Assembly (NCBI GenBank): GCA_047495785.1
Contig: JBLDXI010000048.1
Span: forward strand, 62,001-126,000
Direction: 5' to 3'
DNA: 64,000 nucleotides
Source: Lepidodermella squamata
Taxonomy: Eukaryota; Animalia; Gastrotricha
The position numbers and the translations under genes were made by a program. Positions 57,873 to 64,000 of this stretch are shown in pieces. The notes under the pieces were generated by a model. The model did no database searches. It was not told where the DNA came from and saw only the letters and a list, made by a program, of their open reading frames with translations. Every line of letters begins with the position of its first letter. The stretch's first letter is position 1.

Positions 57873-57944
57873 GCCACGGTAGTATAGTGGTTAGTATTCC
57901 TCGTTGTGGCCGAGGTGACCCTGGTTCGACTCCAGGCCGTGGCA
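57873..57944 (+). tRNA. tRNA-His(GTG)
   Basis: As copy 2. Confidence 0.95.
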
Positions 57945-58043
57945 GAGTCACACAGAACTCGAGACAGTGGCAGGCGGTTCAATTTTTTGTATATTTATTG
58001 ACAGCGCAGCCGGGTTTTTGTAAAAAGCCAAAAAGCTTACAGC

Positions 58044-58116
58044 TGATTCGGGCCGGGATTGAACCGGCGACCTTCTGCGTGTTAGGCAGATGTGATAACC
58101 ACTACACCACCGAACC
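58044..58116 (-). tRNA. tRNA-Val(AAC)
   Basis: As copy 1. Confidence 0.95.
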
Positions 58117-58192
58117 GCTCGTGACAGTACTATTAATTCGCGGCGTATTGTCACCTCTATGCATGCCACCTCTTAGACTTTAAAAACGTTAA

Positions 58193-58276
58193 TGTCAGAA
58201 GTGGGATTCGAACCCACGCCAGTAGAAACTGACTGCGACCTGAACGCAGCGCCTTGGACCGCTCGGCCATCCTGAC
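58193..58276 (-). tRNA. tRNA-Leu(CAG)
   Basis: As copy 1. Confidence 0.95.
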
Positions 58277-58424
58277 TGACGGAGCGGGATGGGTGCAACG
58301 CGCTTAAGTGAGCCCGGCATGTGAATCGAAAGCTACTACTGGCTGAATTTATCTCGAACGCTGCGGCTGCGGCGAGTCTCGAGTGAAGCTGGATAGACGT
58401 AAAGCGGAAAGAAGCCGCCAGGAA

Positions 58425-58506
58425 GTCGCTATGCCCGAGTGGTTAAGGGGTCTGACTAGAAATCAGATGCGGTCTCCGCGCGTAGGTTCAAATCCTACTG
58501 GCGACG
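58425..58506 (+). tRNA. tRNA-Ser(AGA)
   Basis: As copy 1. Confidence 0.95.
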
Positions 58507-58589
58507 ACTATTTTTGCAATCGCTTCCGTTGCCAATTCCCAAAATGTCAGTTATATGCACACTTTTCTCCCAGATTCTCAAACTGAACG

Positions 58590-58662
58590 GGCGTTGTGGC
58601 GAAACGGCTATCGCGTCGGACTTCGGATCCGAAGATTGTGGGTTCGAGTCCCATCAGCGTCG
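58590..58662 (+). tRNA. tRNA-Arg(TCG)
   Basis: Two substitutions relative to copy 1. Confidence 0.9.
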
Positions 58663-58758
58663 ACAAATTTTGCACCCGTTGAGGGCGGCTTATTGCCGCT
58701 TGGAAATCAGCAGCATCGAAATCTTCTCCAGCTCTATAAACGGCCGCCATCAACATGG

Positions 58759-58831
58759 GCCTTCCTAGCTCAGTCGGTAGAGCATGTGACTTTTAATCAC
58801 AGGGTCGGGGGTTCGAGTCCCCCGGAGGGCG
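58759..58831 (+). tRNA. tRNA-Lys(TTT)
   Basis: As copy 1. Confidence 0.95.
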
Positions 58832-58908
58832 CAAGCTTTTTCAAGTCAATTACCGAAACCGCTGCTATACGAAATCATATTAGCAATAAATCGTCTGGTT
58901 ACTACCAC

Positions 58909-58981
58909 GGGGGATTAGCTCAAATGGTAGAGCGCTCGCTTAGCATGCGAGAGGTAACGGGATCGACGCCCGTATCCTCCA
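58909..58981 (+). tRNA. tRNA-Ala(AGC)
   Basis: As copy 1. Confidence 0.95.
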
Positions 58982-59058
58982 ATTTTTCTCGCAGAATTTT
59001 ACAACCTACTAGACTAGACTAGACGAATAGTGCCACTGCTGCAGAAATACCCAGCCTC

Positions 59059-59131
59059 GGCTCAGTAGCTTAGTGGTAGAGCGTCTGCCTAGTAAGCAGA
59101 AGATCGAGGGTTCGATCCCCCCCCTGAGCCT
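59059..59131 (+). tRNA. tRNA-Thr(AGT), C8 run
   Basis: One extra C relative to copy 1. Confidence 0.82.
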
Positions 59132-59206
59132 TGCTTGACTTTTTCGGCGGCAAGCTCTCTTTTTGCGTACCAAAACCTACAATTGACATTGCAAAGCTCA
59201 AAAACT

Positions 59207-59278
59207 TTCCCTGACCGGGAATCGAACCCGGGCCGCCGCGGTGAAAGCGCGGAATCCTAACCACTAGACCATCAGGGA
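59207..59278 (-). tRNA. tRNA-Glu(TTC)
   Basis: As copy 1. Confidence 0.95.
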
Positions 59279-59371
59279 GCAGCTTCTTCATATGCGCTGT
59301 GGCATCAACGTAACAGGAATATGTTGACAAAAACTGTGCATGTGCATGAATGGCTTGAATTCAAAAATTAT

Positions 59372-59443
59372 GGGCCCGTTCGGGAATTGAACCCGAGACC
59401 TCTCGCACCCGAAGCGAGAATCATACCCCTAGACCAACGGGCC
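59372..59443 (-). tRNA. tRNA-Pro(CGG)
   Basis: As copy 1. Confidence 0.95.
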
Positions 59444-59528
59444 TCATCTAAAAGTTTTATGGAATTTCTTGCTCTTGAGGGCTGGTTGTTTGCCGTTTTG
59501 AAATATCGCTTTTATGAAAAAAGAAGCT

Positions 59529-59601
59529 CGCCGAGACCCGGGATCGAACCAGGGACCTTTAGATCTTCAGTCTAACGCTCTCCCAACTGAGCTATCTCGG
59601 C
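59529..59601 (-). tRNA. tRNA-Phe(GAA)
   Basis: As copy 1. Confidence 0.93.
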
Positions 59602-59813
59602 GTGTGCAATGTGAACTTCCAGGGGCGAGCTACAGCTTTGAAGGCACACGCCCAAGTCCGAGTTGTGTGCACACTGGCGTTGCAGAGTTCTTTGGCACTG
59701 CGCATGGTTAGCTTCTACCCGAACGGCCTGAACTCCAGCGCAGAAGGCATAAATGACTGTACGAAATTCAAATTAAGAATTATGGCGAACCCTGTCAACA
59801 TAACTAACGTCAA

Positions 59814-59885
59814 GGCCCGTTGGTCTAGGGGTATGATTCTCGCTTTGGGTGCGAGAGGTCTCGGGTTCAAATCCCGGACGGGCCC
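59814..59885 (+). tRNA. tRNA-Pro(TGG)
   Basis: As copy 1. Confidence 0.95.
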
Positions 59886-59965
59886 GATCTTTTTGGTTGA
59901 TTAGCGACATACGCCTTGCGAGCAGAGGCCTGCGTATTGTTTCAGGCGGGGCAATGAATACAGCG

Positions 59966-60036
59966 GCATCGGTGGTTCAGTGGTAGAATTCTCGCCTGCC
60001 ACGCGGGAGGCCCGGGTTCGATTCCCGGCCGATGCA
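59966..60036 (+). tRNA. tRNA-Gly(GCC)
   Basis: As copy 2. Confidence 0.95.
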
Positions 60037-60118
60037 ACGCACACAATTTTTGAGCAATCTATTTTGAACGGCTTTCAAACCACTAAAGTACTACGTGTCA
60101 GCTGCAATGAATGTAACG

Positions 60119-60190
60119 TCCTTGGTAGTATAGTGGTTAGTATCCCCGCCTGTCACGCGGGAGACCAGGGTTCGATTCCCTGCCAAGGAG
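60119..60190 (+). tRNA. tRNA-Asp(GTC)
   Basis: As copy 1. Confidence 0.95.
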
Positions 60191-60253
60191 AACCTTTTTC
60201 TCGCTCTTCGAAAACGCAATCTATTGGAGGATCTAAGAAGTAAAAAGCGAAAT

Positions 60254-60326
60254 CGCCCGATGTGGGGCTCGAACCCACGACCCTGGGATTAAGAGTCCCA
60301 TGCTCTACCGACTGAGCTAACCGGGC
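60254..60326 (-). tRNA. tRNA-Lys(CTT)
   Basis: As copy 1. Confidence 0.95.
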
Positions 60327-60406
60327 TGAGACAGTGTCATCTAATCTCAAAATTTGAGAAGTAGCAAAGCCTCTGTTGATACAATGATGCTTTCTCTAAA
60401 AAAATT

Positions 60407-60479
60407 CGAGGCTGCCAGGAGTCGAACCTGGAATCTTCTGATCCGTAGTCAGACGCGTTGTCCATTGCGCCACAACCCC
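60407..60479 (-). tRNA. tRNA-Arg(ACG)
   Basis: As copy 2. Confidence 0.93.
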
Positions 60480-60576
60480 GCTGTGCATTTCGATACAACA
60501 GTTGTTCTCTTGTGGTTTCAGCTTATCCGTACTCGTACCAGGCATTTTCACCGCACTAGAGCTGTTCTTCGTGACA

Positions 60577-60593
60577 GCTTCTGTCGCGCAATT

Positions 60594-60633
<40 letters not shown>

Positions 60634-60650
60634 GAGCCCACCCAGGAGCG
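60577..60650 (+). tRNA. tRNA-Asn(GTT), G9>C change in the A box
   Basis: gcttctgtCgcgc versus gcttctgtGgcgc in copy 2. Confidence 0.85.
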
Positions 60651-61114
60651 CATTTGTTTGCAGTTGCAGCCGACGAAAGTGCTCAGACATAAAAGAATGC
60701 TCAGCTTTGTAATTCGTGTCGTTCTATCGCCACGGAGTCGTCATCATGAGAGAATCATGCTACCATAGTGAGTAAAAATTATTGGAAGCTGGCAGGAATC
60801 GAGCCTGGAAAGTTCCAAAACGTAACACGGTAGACATTCTCACTATCTCCGCCTTATGTCGAACATTTGAGCGGGGCGAGGAGAAGTTGTAAATTCATGA
60901 TTCGTGATGGGTCAATTGGAAGTGATGATTTCTGTGATGATTATCAATGGATAATTTTTTAGCGGTGTTAGCGTCAGGCTCTAGGATAGGAACCTTTTGG
61001 CAAGCTATACTTGACATACGCGGCCTTTCTGTTTATTTATTATACTCCGCATCATTCATCATCATGCTCTCACGTCAACCGCGTCAGCGAAGGTGCAACG
61101 TTGTTCAAGCGAGT

Positions 61115-61476
61115 CTAATATCTAATCGCATCGCGTACTCCAGCCGACCAATTAGTGTAGCCCTTTTCAATGCACGAAGTCAGCAGAGAACACTCGCCAT
61201 CTACAGTGAAGTACTTGAAAGCAGCGCAATTGCTTCGTGCGGCGCACGCTAAACGGCAAGGCCCTTGACCGATCGGGAAGTACACGGTCTCGATGACATT
61301 TGAGTCAGATCTGCAGTTGGAAGATGACATTCCGAAAATGACCTCCTCGGGGTTAGTCGCTGAAAACAAACAATATTTTAGAACACGCGGCAAAGTAGTC
61401 AATTATTACAAATAATAAGCCTACCTTCGGCGTAAGCAGCAATCAGAATAACGGCGATAGCGAATTTGATCGACAT
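61115..61476 (-). CDS. Small secreted protein (about 98 aa) with a PAN/apple-like Cys pattern; exons 61476-61425, 61359-61115
   Basis: Signal peptide MSIKFAIAVILIAAYAEA; CRLACAARSNCAAFKY..GECSL; GT-AG intron in frame. Confidence 0.7.
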
Positions 61477-62016
61477 AGTGGCTTCGGTTTTATATATCTC
61501 GGAGGCGGAATAACACAAAGTTGAACTTGAGAGATTTGATCATTTTCCTCACTTCAGCCCATGCCTTTTATTGGCGTGTCCCATTCAAACACAGCAAAAA
61601 CACTTGCGTCATTGATAGCAGCTGAAACAATGGGCGGTATTACCTTCGCGGAATTTCAGCAATAAACATGTAATAAACGTATAATAGGAATGAGCCATGC
61701 ATGTACGCTGCTGGCGAAATGCTTTTCATCTTAACAAAAAGCGGAAACATAATATAGAGCAATGTGGATAACCGGCCAGGTCACATGAATCGATCGCTGG
61801 TGCTATTTATTTTGACAGATGCTTAACTTGTTTGAAAACACTATCTGCCCGCGTAGCTGGTGTTATACTAAACATCTTAGGTGCAATCTAAAGTACGGAT
61901 GATAATTTTTTGCCGAGCATTTTTTTAACAACTCCGTAACCATGATGAATTTTGAGGAGCGGGTTTCACCAGTCACCAAAATCATCGTTAAATTGGGATA
62001 AAATTTGAGAAATTGG

Positions 62017-62132
62017 TGATGGAGTATTACGGGCAACGGGGCGGGTCCGATCTGAGCAGCGGCGAGACGAAATCTCAATCGAACCAGCCGCCAGTTCTTC
62101 CGGCGCTCAGTTCTACCCCTCGCCGTGACGAT
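62017..62132 (+). pseudogene. 116-bp duplicate of coding sequence from the last exon of the CEP295-like gene (56623-56738)
   Basis: Identical sequence, fused to cassette copy 4. Confidence 0.92.
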
Positions 62133-62264
62133 CGCCTTAACCACTCGGCCACCGCGTCCATGTCAATTACAGGCTGCGTGGCGATCATTGAGCTGGCTTT
62201 GATTCAACTATTGGTGTAAGTTACAAGAGCCCGCTGATCGAAATATCGCCTAACCGCGAAATCA

Positions 62265-62336
62265 GCCACGGTAGTATAGTGGTTAGTATTCCTCGTTGTG
62301 GCCGAGGTGACCCTGGTTCGACTCCAGGCCGTGGCA
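62265..62336 (+). tRNA. tRNA-His(GTG)
   Basis: As copy 3. Confidence 0.95.
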
Positions 62337-62435
62337 GAGTCACACAGAACTCGAGACAGTGGCAGGCGGTTCAATTTTTTGTATATTTATTGACAGCGCA
62401 GCCGGGTTTTTGTAAAAAGCCAAAAAGCTTACAGC

Positions 62436-62508
62436 TGATTCGGGCCGGGATTGAACCGGCGACCTTCTGCGTGTTAGGCAGATGTGATAACCACTACACC
62501 ACCGAACC
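62436..62508 (-). tRNA. tRNA-Val(AAC)
   Basis: As copy 3. Confidence 0.95.
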
Positions 62509-62584
62509 GCTCGTGACAGTACTATTAATTCGCGGCGTATTGTCACCTCTATGCATGCCACCTCTTAGACTTTAAAAACGTTAA

Positions 62585-62668
62585 TGTCAGAAGTGGGATT
62601 CGAACCCACGCCAGTAGAAACTGACTGCGACCTGAACGCAGCGCCTTGGACCGCTCGGCCATCCTGAC
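62585..62668 (-). tRNA. tRNA-Leu(CAG)
   Basis: As copy 3. Confidence 0.95.
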
Positions 62669-62816
62669 TGACGGAGCGGGATGGGTGCAACGCGCTTAAG
62701 TGAGCCCGGCATGTGAATCGAAAGCTACTACTGGCTGAATTTATCTCGAACGCTGCGGCTGCGGCGAGTCTCGAGTGAAGCTGGATAGACGTAAAGCGGA
62801 AAGAAGCCGCCAGGAA

Positions 62817-62898
62817 GTCGCTATGCCCGAGTGGTTAAGGGGTCTGACTAGAAATCAGATGCGGTCTCCGCGCGTAGGTTCAAATCCTACTGGCGACG
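62817..62898 (+). tRNA. tRNA-Ser(AGA)
   Basis: As copy 3. Confidence 0.95.
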
Positions 62899-62981
62899 AC
62901 TATTTTTGCAATCGCTTCCGTTGCCAATTCCCAAAATGTCAGTTATATGCACACTTTTCTCCCAGATTCTCAAACTGAACG

Positions 62982-63054
62982 GGCGTTGTGGCGAAATGGC
63001 TATCGCGTCGGACTTCGGATCCGAAGATTGTGGGTTCGAGTCCCATCAGCGTCG
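62982..63054 (+). tRNA. tRNA-Arg(TCG)
   Basis: gaaaTggc versus gaaaCggc in copy 3. Confidence 0.92.
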
Positions 63055-63150
63055 ACAAATTTTGCACCCGTTGAGGGCGGCTTATTGCCGCTTGGAAATC
63101 AGCAGCATCGAAATCTTCTCCAGCTCTATAAACGGCCGCCATCAACATGG

Positions 63151-63223
63151 GCCTTCCTAGCTCAGTCGGTAGAGCATGTGACTTTTAATCACAGGGTCGG
63201 GGGTTCGAGTCCCCCGGAGGGCG
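63151..63223 (+). tRNA. tRNA-Lys(TTT)
   Basis: As copy 3. Confidence 0.95.
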
Positions 63224-63300
63224 CAAGCTTTTTCAAGTCAATTACCGAAACCGCTGCTATACGAAATCATATTAGCAATAAATCGTCTGGTTACTACCAC

Positions 63301-63373
63301 GGGGGATTAGCTCAAATGGTAGAGCGCTCGCTTAGCATGCGAGAGGTAACGGGATCGACGCCCGTATCCTCCA
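63301..63373 (+). tRNA. tRNA-Ala(AGC)
   Basis: As copy 3. Confidence 0.95.
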
Positions 63374-63450
63374 ATTTTTCTCGCAGAATTTTACAACCTA
63401 CTAGACTAGACTAGACGAATAGTGCCACTGCTGCAGAAATACCCAGCCTC

Positions 63451-63523
63451 GGCTCAGTAGCTTAGTGGTAGAGCGTCTGCCTAGTAAGCAGAAGATCGAG
63501 GGTTCGATCCCCCCCCTGAGCCT
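63451..63523 (+). tRNA. tRNA-Thr(AGT), C8 run
   Basis: As copy 3. Confidence 0.82.
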
Positions 63524-63598
63524 TGCTTGACTTTTTCGGCGGCAAGCTCTCTTTTTGCGTACCAAAACCTACAATTGACATTGCAAAGCTCAAAAACT

Positions 63599-63670
63599 TT
63601 CCCTGACCGGGAATCGAACCCGGGCCGCCGCGGTGAAAGCGCGGAATCCTAACCACTAGACCATCAGGGA
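63599..63670 (-). tRNA. tRNA-Glu(TTC)
   Basis: As copy 3. Confidence 0.95.
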
Positions 63671-63763
63671 GCAGCTTCTTCATATGCGCTGTGGCATCAA
63701 CGTAACAGGAATATGTTGACAAAAACTGTGCATGTGCATGAATGGCTTGAATTCAAAAATTAT

Positions 63764-63835
63764 GGGCCCGTTCGGGAATTGAACCCGAGACCTCTCGCAC
63801 CCGAAGCGAGAATCATACCCCTAGACCAACGGGCC
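63764..63835 (-). tRNA. tRNA-Pro(CGG)
   Basis: As copy 3. Confidence 0.95.
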
Positions 63836-63920
63836 TCATCTAAAAGTTTTATGGAATTTCTTGCTCTTGAGGGCTGGTTGTTTGCCGTTTTGAAATATCG
63901 CTTTTATGAAAAAAGAAGCT

Positions 63921-63993
63921 CGCCGAGACCCGGGATCGAACCAGGGACCTTTAGATCTTCAGTCTAACGCTCTCCCAACTGAGCTATCTCGGC
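63921..63993 (-). tRNA. tRNA-Phe(GAA)
   Basis: As copy 3. Confidence 0.93.
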
Positions 63994-64000
63994 GTGTGCA

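Larger units (their letters stand above)
57427..60652. repeat. tRNA cassette copy 3 (Ser-CGA 3' fragment to Asn)
   Basis: Colinear with copies 1 and 2; begins inside the Ser T-loop (57427-57443). Confidence 0.95.
62131..64000. repeat. tRNA cassette copy 4 (Ser-GCT fragment 62131-62158 onward; runs off the window)
   Basis: Near-identical to copy 3 at an offset of 4392. Confidence 0.95.

Noticed and set aside
57741-64000. Copies 3 and 4 as a pure assembly duplication
   Set aside because: A novel junction, unique intervening gene sequence and at least one SNP argue for a real duplication, though reads are needed to be sure.

Overview
Gene-dense eukaryotic, most likely invertebrate animal, genomic DNA with mostly short (about 50-60 nt) GT-AG introns. 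Twelve host protein-coding genes can be assembled by hand: a secreted galaxin-like/mucin protein, hnRNP U-like, PSMC3, MRPS5, two tandem DEGS sphingolipid desaturases, an unduplicated Mad3/Bub1 (MadBub) kinase, eIF1, PTEN, NUP210, a CEP295-like protein and a small secreted PAN-like protein. They sit in divergent blocks, and some downstream genes look operon-like. Two things stand out. (1) A fixed-order cassette of 23 tRNA genes (15 amino acids, plus a Gln fragment) occurs as four dispersed, differently truncated, mosaic copies, about 70 full-length tRNA genes in total. Three copies lie between convergent gene ends, and the fourth is fused to a captured exon fragment. (2) The 6.2-kb first intron of MRPS5 holds nested elements: a MULE transposase relic, an RTE-like LINE fragment and a Tc2/pogo-like TIR element. 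Inside the TIR element are two insertions, each flanked by its own target-site duplication and ending in a conserved structured 3' end plus a TTA-poly(G) tail. One encodes only a Gag/ORF1-like zinc-knuckle protein, so this is a candidate undescribed poly(G)-tailed retroelement family. All coordinates were counted by eye and no database searches were run.
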